From positions 69,626,001-69,690,000 of the forward strand of contig JBNRSN020000012.1 of the NCBI GenBank assembly GCA_051313645.2: a stretch of 64,000 bases of DNA. The letters run 5' to 3'. Origin of the DNA: Centroscyllium fabricii. Taxonomy: Eukaryota. Made by a program: the position numbers and the translations under genes. Below, in pieces: positions 22,660 to 35,206 of this stretch (positions are counted from its first letter, which is position 1; each line of letters opens with the position of its first letter). The notes under the pieces were generated by a model. It was not told where the DNA came from, made no database searches, and was given only the letters and a program-made list of their open reading frames with translations.

Positions 22660-23670
22660 ACTGTCCGAAAATTGATTCTTTGCAACACAGGATCTCTGCG
22701 CTTGAGCATCTTGCGGTTCTTGTTCTTGGTGATAGAGGTTGTGGTGCTGTGAAAGTAAGCTTGGTGAAATGCTGCAGTGCACCCTGTGAATAGCACACAT
22801 TATTACCACAGTGTGCTGATAATAGGTGAGGTGGATATTGAATCCAATGATCAAATAGACTACTCTCTTCTGGATGGTGTTGCACTTCTAAACTGTTACT
22901 GCAGCTGCACCCATCCAGATGATGGGGAGTATTCCATCACTCCTGGCGAGCAGTGTAGCTGGTAGAGAAGATTTGCATGGCAGGAGGTGAACCACTTGTC
23001 ACGGCCTCTGCCCTGCTCATGTAGCCATGGTGTTGATATGATTAGTCCAGTTAAGTTTCTGGTCAGTGGGGAACCCTGCCCCTCCCCAAGATGTTCATGG
23101 TGGGTGACTTGTCAATGTAATTTATTTGCACTACTCTCTGGAGCGTCGAGTCTTCGTCTCGTTGTATTGTACTAGTACTCTGCAATGACAATAAAACTTG
23201 AATTTAATTGAATTGTTGTTGCTGTTGATGATCAGGTGGTAAGGCTTTTCTCATTGGAGATGCTCATTATCTGAAGCTTTTGTGGCACGAAGGTTACCTG
23301 CTACTCGTCAGCTGCATCTGAATGTTGTCCAGGTCCTTGGCTGGCTTGGGCAACTTTATTAGCAGAGGAGTAGTGAATGGAGCTGAACATTGTAAAATCA
23401 CCATACCTTACGATGGAGGGTAGGTCATTGGTGAAGCAGCTGAAGGTGGTTGGGTCATGGACACTTCCCTGAGAAACTCCTGCAGTGATGTTCTGGGGCT
23501 GTGATGATTGGCCTTTAATTCAACCACAACCATCTTTCTTTGTGTTCAGTATACCTCCAGTCACTGGAAGATTTTCTGTTGACCCCCCCCCCCCCCCCCC
23601 CCCCTATTGACCTCAGTTTTGCTAGGGCTCCTTGGTGCTGTTTTCAGTCAAAAGCTGCCTTGATGTCTTA
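22660..23670 (-). mobile_element. Degenerate non-LTR retrotransposon (CR1/L2 group) with nested Rex1-type tail at ~23115-23215
   Basis: Homologous to 401-640 and antisense to 40230-41515. The insert matches 48585-48654. Confidence 0.7.
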
Positions 23671-24460
23671 TGGTTATGGAGAATGAGAGGTCTTTACAAA
23701 TTTCCCATGGCATGCCACTAGCTACACCTGCTGAGCCAAAAATATCCAATTCCTCCTACTCTGCTTTTTATCCTTCAGCCATCTTCTTTCCAGCTAAGTA
23801 ATTTCCTTAGAATTTGATTAATGACCAGCCCTGTGCTGACTAGCCCATATCTCCGTGCTTAATAATGTTATCCCTTATGGCTGCTAGCAGTTTATAGTTA
23901 CCTGGAACATTTATCACCCTCCAGTCCTTTGATAATTTTCTAAAAATGCTTTGGAAATAATTTATGGTAATAAAGTAAAATGTTTTGTAGAACATGACAG
24001 TACATGAACTGGTAGGACCATGGAAATATGTTAAGGAAAGCAACCAGTAAAGGATGAATGAAATAAAATAATACGGTTGTGTAGATGCTTTGGAACCTTA
24101 CTTGATTTATTTGGGGGGTGTGCAGAAAGAAACTTTGTAGAACATTTTCTCTCTTTCTCAAAAGGGTTGGTGGAGTTGATGATAATTCAGAGCCTCTAGA
24201 TATTCCCTGCCCCATGAAAAGGCACCTGTCCTCCACTGTCTACCTCCAAAATAGCGCTGCTGAAATAAGGAGCATGGAGATAACATCTGTACTTCACCAT
24301 TATGTGATTGTGTGTTGTATCCCTGTGCTGCTTTGATTTGAAAAAATTGAATAAAGTAAAATATGTATTGTTCCAGTGTGAAATGCTCTTTAGTTCTGTT
24401 TAGAAAATTGAGTACCTTTAATTTGTAACAAAACTATTGTACTTTGCTTCTTTACCTTAG

Positions 24461-24571
24461 GCAAGTGTGTTTATTTCTGAAGCGAGGAGCTGATCAAGGT
24501 GCATTAGATGAAGCAAGGAAGGACCCACTCACCATTGCTGTAGAAGCTGCAAATGCAGATATAGTTACATT
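24461..24571 (+). CDS. ACAP2: ACAP2 ankyrin exon (QVCLFLKRGADQGALDEARKDPLTIAVEAANADIVTL)
   Basis: ccttag|G CAA GTG...ACA TT|gtgcgt, 111 nt. Confidence 0.96.
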
Positions 24572-24636
24572 GTGCGTATCACTATATTTATAGTGTTTAT
24601 TCTTTATACACGGTTTTCATTCTGTTTGTTTTGGAA

Positions 24637-25090
24637 TTAGGAACATAGGAACAAGAGTAAGCCATTCAGCTTCTTGAGCCTGTTCCGCCATTCATTGAGA
24701 TCATGGCTGATCTGTGTCCTAACTCCATTTACCCGCCTTTGCTCAATATCCTTGGCTGGCAAAAATCTATCGATCTCTGAATTAAACTTATTAATTGAGC
24801 TAGCATGTACTGCTTTTTGTGGGAGAGTGTTCCACACTTCTACCCTTTGCATGAAGAAGTGTTTCCTAACTTCTCCCCTGAATGGTCTGGCTCTGATTTT
24901 AAGGTTATATCCCCTTGTCCTAGACTCCCCCGCCAGCAGAAAATGTTTCTCTCTATCTATCCTATCAATTCCTTCAAAATCCGAAAACCGCAATCAAATC
25001 ACCCTTTAACTTTCTATATATCAGGCCTAGTTTATGTAATCACTCCTCATAATTTAACCCTTGGAGCCTTGGTAACATTCTGGTGAAATT
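24637..25090 (-). mobile_element. CR1 LINE 3' fragment
   Basis: ORF 24637..24993 (SRTRGYNLKIRARPFRGEVRKHFFMQRVEVWNTLP). Tail ggaacataggaac. Confidence 0.85.
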
Positions 25091-28037
25091 CTTGCAGATT
25101 GTAGAGGCAAAGTCCAAGGATGTGCTTTTTGTTCATCCTACCACTGTTTTATATGTAGAGTAAAATGATACATTCATCAGAATCTTCTTTGATGTTTTAC
25201 TAAAATACATCAAATGTCTTATCAGCATGGAGACTTCAAGTTGGATCTTCTTCCCTGATTGGCCATTCCGGGGGTATTGTTGACTTTGCATTATTTAGGA
25301 ACTATAGGAAACCAGGAGCTCTATAACTTCATACTGGTCAGAAAACTGCTATGAAGCTTCATGTTTTCTCAGCCAATAATGTGGTTTCCCAGGGCTCCAG
25401 ATTGACCCTTTGACAGGTTCATAGTTAAAGGCTGTTTGCAATTGAGCCACTTTTAGAGATGGAGATCAAACTCAAGGCTCTGCATGCTGGAAAAAAATCA
25501 AACCGGATTCCTGAGAGATTCTGTAGATCAAAAGTGCTCTGTTTAGACTCCCCTTTAACTAGTCTCCTCTGGAAACAAATATTAGCTTGGTAATACTGCA
25601 GAACCAGAAAAACATGTAAACGATATTTGTGATATATGTCTTGTAACAACTTAATCTATCAACACAGCACCTCCCTTTTTATTTCAAAAGATTTGATCAG
25701 CCAATTGAAACTTTTATTTTGACCATATAATTCAACATGTAGATTTAAACCAGAGGTGGCCAATTTATGTTGTGAGCCACATATGGCTCCCTGTGGCTAA
25801 GGTGTGTTTCTTTGCTTAGCCACAGCCACTGATATGCTGGCAAAGGAGAAAACTAGTAGGAACACTGACACTTTTGCAAAAAAAAAAATCACAAGCCATC
25901 AGTTCAAATCTGCATCAGAACACAAGCCAGATCCACTGCTGGATTACCACTGGATCATTCGCAATAATGGACTTCTGCAGCGGTTCAAGAAGGCGGCTCA
26001 CCACCACCATCTCAAAGGCAATTAGGGATGGGCACTAAATGCAGGCCTAGCCAGCCAGCGACGCCCACATCCCATCAATGGATTCAAAAAAAAGATACTA
26101 AATTTTTTTCAGTAGAATAGGGAACCATCATCGTACCCAGCAGATCCTGAGAATTGCATACAAAGCATTTTGCTTGATTATCTCTCTCTGACGTGCTTTG
26201 GGTTGCTTTTCCAAGTTAAAGCTACTGTTTAAATGCAAGTTGTTGATCTACAAAGTACCGATTGAGGAGTGACATGAGTGAGCGAGACTGGAAGACATAC
26301 AGAAACTCAGGTACTCCATAAACTCGGATGGAATTTTTCTCTGGTGGCTCTAGATGCCCTGCACTGAAGAACAGTGATTTCAGAAAGCAAGTTATTACAT
26401 CTTCTAAATTTCAAGTCATTATTGAGCACTGAATAGAAATGTCTATCATCTTCAAGTTGGATTATTTAACCTACCAGAATAAGAGATGGCTGACATCAGA
26501 GCTGGGCTGTAGTCCTCAATGGATTATCTATGCCTTCTCTCTGTTTCCACTTGCAGGATCATTCACAAAATACAAGTAGAGGAAATTTCACACCTTCCGC
26601 ATGATCTCTGGATGTTTAACTGAAATGGATGTTTAGCAACACAACCTAGCATTATATTTGCTTTTTGATTCCTGCCTCATGCTGTTTTGTCGCTCATCAT
26701 GTCTAAACAGTGTCAAGACAACTAATGCCCATAGTTCTCATTTCAGATTTCCTCTTCACAACTTCTGTTCCACACTTGTAGCATGAATGCCTCCAATTTA
26801 TCTTATCTGTATTGAATTCCCATTTGCAACTGATCAGCTCAGGTACAAATCCTGTCAAGCTCTGTGTGTAAAACGTTAGCCCACAGTCTAATTTAGTTTG
26901 TTTTTTGTGAATCTAACTGCCTTGCATTGAGACTGCATTTTTGAAGGAATCTTTCATACAATATTTTATCATATCTGGTACTTTACAAAAGGCATTTTGG
27001 AAGTCGAGGTACACTCCTTATATAGCGAGCCCATTCCATCATCCCCCCCCCCCCCCCTGTCAAATTTAGGATGCCATTTCAAAAAAGTCCAAGATTGGCC
27101 AGCAAATCTTTATCTTTTCAGGCACTATCAGCTGTCACTTTTTATGTGATTTTTCATACAGGTATTCTTCCATTTTGTTTCTGATTACTTCTGTTATTGT
27201 CAATTAAGGTTCTGTTGCCCTTTAAATTGGCAATTACATTTGCCTGTTACTGTCCTGTCTAAACCTCCCTTGTGTTTATTGATTTCCTTAAAATGACTCA
27301 GTGCCTCATAAATCGGCTCCCTTGCCACTAATTGCCTTGGGGCATAGTTCATCCATCGCAGAGATTGATTTGTAAATTGGATCTCAAAAGTACCAGACTT
27401 CCTGTTCTCTTGTTTGAAACACTCCGCTTCTGAGAAACCTTCAACCCTGATGGTTTGAAATATGAATTGAACAGATTTGCCCTCTGGTGGAGAAAGAGTG
27501 GATGTAAACCACTGAGATGAAACATTTCAGCTGTTGTAGCTGAAATCTTTTTTCGGTAGTTTCTTATTTTTTTGGAAGAAGTTTGACATTCATGTTAAAA
27601 GCCTCCCCCACCCTCAATCAACCCTTCTTTCTAATATCCTACTGTTAGGCTCTGTTAGCTGGGTTTTTATAAACTAATATTGCTTGTCATTTGAGGTCTC
27701 CATTGCTTTCTCTGGTTGAAGAAGTGAAGATATAATCCAGAATGAGATCTTCCATATAATAGTGGGGGAGAAATCACCTGCCCAAAATGGCAAGTCATAA
27801 AAAGATAATGACCATACCTACAGAACATAGTTGAGCAATTGTTCTCATTTATCATAGTATTAAAAATGGTTAAATGTCATCAAAATTGGCGAATCTTTTG
27901 TTGTATACGTATTTCCAAAAGGTACATTTATTGTCGCCAAACAGAATACCAGAAATATTTTTGAGGTGATATTAATGTTTGGTCCGATCTGATATCGTTA
28001 CTCTCCTCAGCAAGTTGATGTACTTTTGTTTTCACAG

Positions 28038-28182
28038 ATTACGTCTAGCAAAGATGAATGATGAGATGCGAGAATCTGAAGGCCTTGGACAGTCAGGTCA
28101 ATATGCCAGTAACAGTCATACAGAGATGCAATATAAAAAATGCATGCAGGAATTTATTAGCTTGCAACTAGAAGATTCTTGA
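28038..28182 (+). CDS. ACAP2: ACAP2 composite exon: internal 28038-28096, or terminal read-through to TGA at 28182
   Basis: cacag|A TTA CGT CTA GCA AAG ATG (LRLAKMNDEMRESEGLGQS). Internal donor CAG|gtcaat at 28097. Read-through gives GQYASNSHTEMQYKKCMQEFISLQLEDS*. Confidence 0.92.
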
Positions 28183-28699
28183 GCCTTATTAAAATTAAAG
28201 GGTTATTTTAACATCTACTGTGAGGGGCTGGGGGGTAGGAATGGGAGCCTCATGGCCGTGTCATTTGGCAGGTGATGCCGTACTTAAATTGATGTATTTC
28301 ACCCAATTGTAGGACCAATATTTTGACCAGCTGAATCACAAGAAATAGTGTATCTTTTAATCAGAAAAAGTAGATACCAAAGTTATTTGGCAAATATAAG
28401 CAATGCATCCCAAAAGTTTAAAACATTCAGTATTTACATAAGAGCTGGGATCCTTTAGTTATATTTTCCAGAATATTTTCTGTATATTTTGATCTTCGAC
28501 ATTGCATAGCTTGAACTTTTAGCAAAAGTTAGATGATACTTAATAAAGTATTGAAATTGAGAGATAGTGAATGTTATCGCTCTGAGTCAGAAATTGATTT
28601 TAAAAGGTAAAAATAGGACGTTAAAGGAAATTATTTATGGAGTGATGAGTTTTCAGAGTTCTTTTGCCTCGTTTTCTCTTTCTTCCCATCGCCCCCCAC

Positions 28700-29050
28700 C
28701 CCCACAAAAAAAGGCTCTGATTCTTGCTTAGTGTGGTTAACTGGGCACCAACAGCCCTCTGATACCTCACCCAAATCACCATACTTTCTGTGCAAGTCCA
28801 GACAGAAAAGTAATCAACCATGGAGTGCCTCACAGCCAATTCCAATCCTGTCCTTATCTGATGTCCGTACACTTGCACTTTCCAGGAGGAGTCACTGGAT
28901 AACAATCAGGAGCAGGAACTCTGGCTGATTTTATTTTTAAGCCCAGGTACCTGGAAGGCAATATTAGCACTCCCCGAACTCAACATGGAGTGGGGTGATC
29001 TGAATGTTTTAGTACCACATCAGTTGGTCCATTTACCCAGTTGGCCATCG
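28700..29050 (-). mobile_element. Old SINE-like repeat (same family as 9690-10010)
   Basis: Shared blocks in reverse complement. Confidence 0.45.
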
Positions 29051-32000
29051 GAGATGCATCAGTTTCGAGAGGTTTTTCTTCCTGTTCTATGAAAGTTGTT
29101 TTCTTCTTGCACTTTACCCCCAACATGCCCTTCTTGATTGGAAAAAGTTGTACAATTTGTGGATCATTGCCTATGATGCTGTTGAACTAGTTGCTGGGAA
29201 ACACTGAACAGCAGCATGAGTTCACTTGGCCTGGAATTTTCTTCAGGGAATGGTCGTCTTTTGATTTGGTATTCCCTTGGAATGCCATGGCTGAAGTCAC
29301 TGGGAAGAATTCATGGTCTACCATGGTGCCACAATGCACAAACATAACATGTTATGGCACTTGGCTACCTGGTGTGGATATAGTTTAATTATTGGAAAAC
29401 ACTAAGAAAATCTTGCCATTGAACTTTAAAAAAAAATACAAACATCAGTGTTTAGTTTAAATTATATTCCTGCAAAGAACTGCAGTGTAACTAGAAAATA
29501 CTGCAATTTCTGTCTGTTTTTCTGTGGTGTTACTTTTATTTGTCAGGAAAGGACCAAGATGTGAACATTTTAAGTATTATAGATGGTGTTTTCAGTTCTT
29601 TGTTTTTAATGAAGTTAATTCAGATGCTTGGCCTGCTCAAAAAAAATAAACCAATATTTTTCTCTGAATTTCAGCAAGTTTTTATGAAGCCATTTCACTT
29701 TGTGCAGATAATTTTTTGATTTTACTTTTGTCAATTTAGCATTATAAAGGGTTCCCAGCATTGAAATGTGACCTAGTCATACAGAATTAGGACAGTAGTG
29801 ACAGTTTACATTCATTTGGAGACATCAACAATAACAGGGAAATCATAAAATGGGGAAATTATTGCAGAGGTATAAAAGGTATTCATAGTAGGTGAGAAGC
29901 TATGTTGGGAAGTTATTAGAAAGCATTGTATTGTTATTTGAGATTCTGTAACTAGCAGTAACAATTCTGTCGCTATAGACCATATCTTGTTGATAGTTAT
30001 AACTTTACTATGGTAATTACTCAGTGAGTTCTGTAGTCTACTAGTAAAAGAGACCACAAAATAAATAATTATGCACTGTTCAAAGCCATATGCAACATTC
30101 TCTGCCGCTTTTATATTTAGGTTTTAACTATCAATCACAAAAGCCAAATTGGTGCTAGTAAATACATCTGATTGTTTCCTATCATTGCTTTTATTCTTGT
30201 CTGTACTGTGTGTGTCTTTTGAATGTATATCGTGTGCCTTTTTGTGTTCTTAATCTGGGATGCTAATTGCAGTATTACTGTATTTGTGTATGTACTTTTT
30301 GCACTTTAAATGCAGCATTACTGTAAAAAGAAATGCAGTTACTGATGTAAGATTTTTAAATCTTTAAGTATATGAAGACTGCAAGTTCATTGCCACTAAA
30401 TGTTAAGTATGCGTTACAAAAAACAGCTGATAGGATTGACCCGCATTCCATAGTTTCTGCTACTTTAGCAATCTGTAAAACATGATCCATCTCTTGAGGT
30501 AATGAGTTAATTAAAACTCTTGCAGTTGTAATGGTATTTTCAGAAATGAATTGTTCCCTCAAAACGCATCCCATAACTTCTAATATGACTATTAGCTTTA
30601 CAAAGGGTTTCCAATTATTTATGCTGAGTGTGAGCTCACTAAATGCATTTAAATTGCCCTTCAGTATCATACCATCTTTTTGGTATACAGGCTGATTCTC
30701 TTAAAATAAGCCTTAACTTCAGATACTTTTTTGAAATATTTTTTCTAGCGTATTTAGGTCATCTTTAGTGGCATGTTAACCTGTTCTTTTACTGAATAGC
30801 ATAACATTTCAGTACTTATTGCTGTATCTTTATTTGTATTCAAACCTGCAGGTAATTTTTGATTTGTATTTAAATGTAAGCAACAAATTAGAACTTGCAA
30901 ATAATTAATTATGATTTTGCTTCCACCACAGTTGTATATGGACCTGATTGTGCATGAAATTCTTGCATAACTCTATATTCATGGTTAAAAGCAAAACTCC
31001 CAATTTGTTCTTAACTTAGTCTGCATTAATGCCATCATTCTGGTTCTAAGCATGTCTTGTTTTCGCTAAACCTTAGTATTTCCAATTATCTACTGATTTA
31101 TATCACTGCTTTTAAGATAAATTAATTTCTGATTGACTACATAAGAGACTTGTTTAGTTCAAAAAAATTAAAATGAACCCAATAATGCTACTGTTTTTCA
31201 GTTTTCACTTTCAAATGGGAGAATTAATTGAAATGCTGGCATAATTGGAGACAAAATGAAACACGGCACTGTGACTATCATTGGTCTCTTTCTAAACTAA
31301 ATATCCAACCTGCTTCAGTAAACTATGCTTAAGATTTTGAGTGTTTGAGTTCTGAAGAAATGATTTTTTTAAACATTTAAAAATCAGTTTCATAGTATTA
31401 TGGTTAGATTAGTATGATAGGAACAAGAGATTAATTGAATTACATCAATATATGGTAGTGATTTTAATTATTTTGAAAATGTTAAATTAAGATCAATTTA
31501 ATTGATTAATGAGCCATTTATAATGTATACCATCAACTAGAATATGCATGTGGTCTGAAAAATACTGTTACAATTTTGGTGAGGTTTGCAGAAATGGGGT
31601 TGGTCTTTGTTTATTTAAGGTATCTTGTTTATTCGCTTTTGCCAATTGGTTCTCCTCTTCCCACTCTTCTTGACTGTTTCCCAACTCAACACACACCATC
31701 TACGATTGAGGGGACAAGCTGCTCCCAGCCCCCTCTCGGTGCCTTTCAGAAGTTAGCTCCTTCGGGATGTGTAGCAATAGCATCAGGAGGAGTCTCCTTT
31801 CCTTTGCATTTTCCTTCTGTTTGTGGGTTGCACTGGTCTCTATTTGGTGCTTATCCAAAGCAATGCTGATAAGATTCAGAATTTGGTAGTTTAGGAAATT
31901 GTGGTCACACAACTACAAAGTACCGTTAAGTGGTGAGATGAAGCTTTGATGCTCTGCTGAGCTTTCAACCTCTGCTGTATTACTGTGGCGTGCCAGTGAG

Positions 32001-32595
32001 TAGCTTTTTCCCCACAGGGAGGAAAAAATAAAAGGGCGAGTATTTCCTGGGTTGTTGATTCATGTGTAGCTTGAGTGATTCAGAGCAACATTGGTGGAGA
32101 CCTGGCAGCAGGGTAACCATGGACTGCAAAGGCGAGGAGGAGGGAAATGTTTTTGGGGGTGGAGGTAAAATTAGAGGGTAAATAACCTCTCCAAAACATG
32201 TGCACACACATCTTAAATGTGGAATAAGCAGGGAACTAAAGAATTTGGGAAGTTTTGAACCAAGTGGTTGAAGCTATCATCGCATTCTTTCTTATAAGCT
32301 GTCTCTTGATTCTTGCACTCTTGATTTCAATTTTGCTGCCCTGAGGTTCATGCAGGTACAGTAGTGTTACCTTGTGTGGTGTATACATTTCTTTTTCTCC
32401 CAGTATTGTAAGCTATTTACTGGTCATTGCCAGAAATTCTTGTATATGTCTTTTTTTGTATCAGTATTTTAAAACTAGCCTCCTTTTATGCGGTTTCCAA
32501 ATGCTTTATCTAAACCTGTTGACGCCTAACATCTTCTTTGAATTCTCCACAAATTAATTATTGTAAGCCAATGTGAGAGATGGCAAATTATGCTC

Positions 32596-32601
32596 AATAA
32601 A
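32596..32601 (+). terminator. Candidate polyadenylation signal for the proximal (read-through) isoform
   Basis: AATAAA near the end of an AT-rich, repeat-poor stretch, just before LINE sequence resumes (~33085). Other candidates at ~28542, 29645 and 30060. Confidence 0.35.
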
Positions 32602-33084
32602 CATTGTTATGGTGCTAGCTAAGTTATATTGAAAAATCTCATTAACCTTTATGATATTTTGACACTTTCAGCATTGTGTGTATGTTTCTATATTTCCCCT
32701 CTGTTGATGTTAGTGAGAGATTCTATGGAGGATGATGAATTACTGGGTAATTTACCATCCTATGAAGTGCCATGTCCTAGCTCTAATTAAAAAAATTAAA
32801 AACTCCGTAAATACAAAAAATACTGGCCATCTGATGCAGGGTTGTCATACACAAATTGGACTCGAGATTCAGTTCGGGAGCAAATAATTAAGTTTAATTC
32901 TTGAGGTTTGATGTCATCTGAGCTACTTGATTGGATTCTGTCCTGTAGTCCACTACATTGCCCTCTGTAGAGTGGATCAAAGTATACTGCTGTATTAAAA
33001 AAATTATCCTCCTATCTCAGATTATAGCTGTTTGACATGCCTTGCCAATACTTTGCAAAATATTTAACAGAAAATATCCACAGC

Positions 33085-34185
33085 AATTTTTATAGCACCT
33101 ATTTAATGTTTTACAAAACAGTTCCAGAATGCTTCAGAGGGGAAATGGACACTGAATAGTAGAAGAGTTCAGAGAATAGCAAAAGCATGGTTTTGAGGTG
33201 ACGTTTAGAAGAAAGAAACCGGAAAACAGAAAGTGTATTTAGAGAGTAGGGCCAAGATAGTTTATGGCTCTGCCACCAATAATGGAGGAGAAGGTGGGGG
33301 GTGGGGTGGGGGCAAGAGAGAGTTGAGACCAGAGTTGAGGTCTGACAGGCACAGGCTTGGACATGAGGCTCCAGAATTTGGTGAGGGAAGGTGGAGCGAG
33401 GCAACGATAGGATAATAAATAAGACAACGGATTTTTTTACTCAAATTGGTAGACAGGGAACCAATGCAGACTGACAAAGATGGAGTGATGGGTGTGACCA
33501 TGCAAGTTCAGGAGGAGAAGCCATTGTTGAAGATATGCTGGCAATGTTTGGACTATCTGGCAATGTTGGGACAAGTAGGAGGGAAACGACATGAAGTCAG
33601 TCCCTTCGAGGTGGACTACACAGGAGAGATGATGTCAAGTTGAATATTGCAGAAAGGTCAAATAGGTTTAATGTATCAGTCACAAATGGCATTGTTGGTT
33701 TTCACCGGGGCCGTCTCCGTGCTATGGGAAGCATGGGAGTCAAACTAAAGGGACTTGAACAGAGGCAGTTATGTGGAAAGACTGGAGAAGCTGGTGGTGT
33801 TCTCCTTCAATCAGAGAAAGTTAAGGAGAGATTTAATAGAGGTGCTCACGATGATGAGTGGTTTTGAGGAGTATATAAAGAGAAACTGTTTCCAATGGCA
33901 GGTGGGTCGGTAACCAGAGGACACAGATTTAAGATAATTGGCAAAAGAACCAGGAGTGGGAAGTTTTTTTTTTATGCAGCAAATTATGATTTGGAATGCA
34001 CCACCTGAAAGGATGATGCAAGCTGATTCATTCGTAACTTTCAGAAGGGAATTGGATACATACTTGAAAAATAAAAATTTGCAGGGCTATGTACATGGAG
34101 CGGCGGAGTGGGACTAATTGAATAGCTCTTTCAAAGATCCAGCACAGGCACGATGGCCTCCTCCTGCGCTTTAAGATTCTATGAT
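33085..34185. mobile_element. L2 remnant (minus, ~33085-33780) followed by CR1 3' end (plus, ~33780-34185)
   Basis: atttttatagcacct L2-type tail. CR1 segment taaccagaggacacagatttaagataattggc and tail ttctatgatt. Confidence 0.6.
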
Positions 34186-34370
34186 TAGGAATATTGGTTA
34201 TTGCCTTTATATTTGTGTTCTGGATTAATTAATTCAACCACAAAAGCATTCAGTAGATGTTCAGGATAAATTGACACAATAATTATACAAAGAATGTGCA
34301 TGTTTATAATAAATAAAGGAAGAAGCAGATTTTATAATTCTATGAATCACAATTTATTCTGTTTTTAATT

Positions 34371-34960
34371 TAGAAACATAGAAGATAGGAGCAGGAGTAG
34401 GCCATTCGGCCCCTCGAGCCTGCTCCGCCATTCAATGAGATCATGGCTGATCATCCAAACTCAGTAACCCGTACCTGCCTTCTCTCCATATCCCTTGATA
34501 CCTTTAGCTCTAAGAACTATATCTAACTCCTTCTTGAATACATTTAATGAATTGGCCTCAACTACATTCTGTGATAGAGAATTCCAAGGGTTCACCACTC
34601 TCTGGGTGAAGAAATTCTTCCTCATCTCTGTCCTGAATGGCCTACCCCTTATCCTTAGACTGTGACCCCTGGTTCGGGACTCTCCGACCATCGGGAACAT
34701 TCTTCCTGCATCTAGTTTGTCCAGACCTGTCAGAACTTTATAAGTTTCGATGCGATCCCCTCTCATTCTTCTAAACTCCAGCGAGTATAAGCCCAATCGA
34801 CCCAATCTCTCCTCATACGTCATTCCTGCCATCCCAGGTATCAGCCTTGTGAACCTTCGCTGAACGCCTTCCATGGCAAGAACATCCTTCCTCAGATAAG
34901 GTGACCAAAACTGCACACAATACTCAAGGTGTGGGCTCACCAAGGCCCTGTACAACTGCA
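34371..34960 (-). mobile_element. CR1 (HER1-like) LINE 3' fragment with open RT C-terminus
   Basis: LQLYRALVSPHLEYCVQFWSP...FFTQRVVNPWNSL (ORF 34461..35057). Tail tagaaacatagaa. Confidence 0.93.
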
Positions 34961-35105
34961 GCTTTGTGGAGTTTACAAAACATTGTCTCGTGTGTACTGT
35001 AGATCTCAGTTGATTGTACAAATTACAATAAATTTGTATTTCAAAAATATTTATCAAATTATTTGCTTCAGTGACTCAACAACTTTTAAATTTTTTTTAT
35101 TGCAG

Positions 35106-35206
35106 GTGATGCGACCTACCAGGATATTTTCAGAGACTTTTCCAACATGGCCTCTCATAACCCTGAAATATTAAACCGATTCCAGCGGAGATCAGAGACT
35201 GATTGA
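35106..35206 (+). CDS. ACAP2: ACAP2 canonical last coding exon (GDATYQDIFRDFSNMASHNPEILNRFQRRSETD*)
   Basis: ttgcag|GT GAT GCG ACC...GAT TGA. Phase 1 matches the donor at 28096. Matches recalled ACAP2 GDETYQDIFRDFSQMASNNPEKLNRFQ. Confidence 0.95.

Noticed and set aside
2417-35206. Naming the gene ACAP3
   Set aside because: Despite the ACAP3-like optional segments, the constitutive exons (DFSSDD, NNQLVYQKKFK, LGITLC, VHFSKV), the distal last exon and adjacency to XXYLT1 point to ACAP2.
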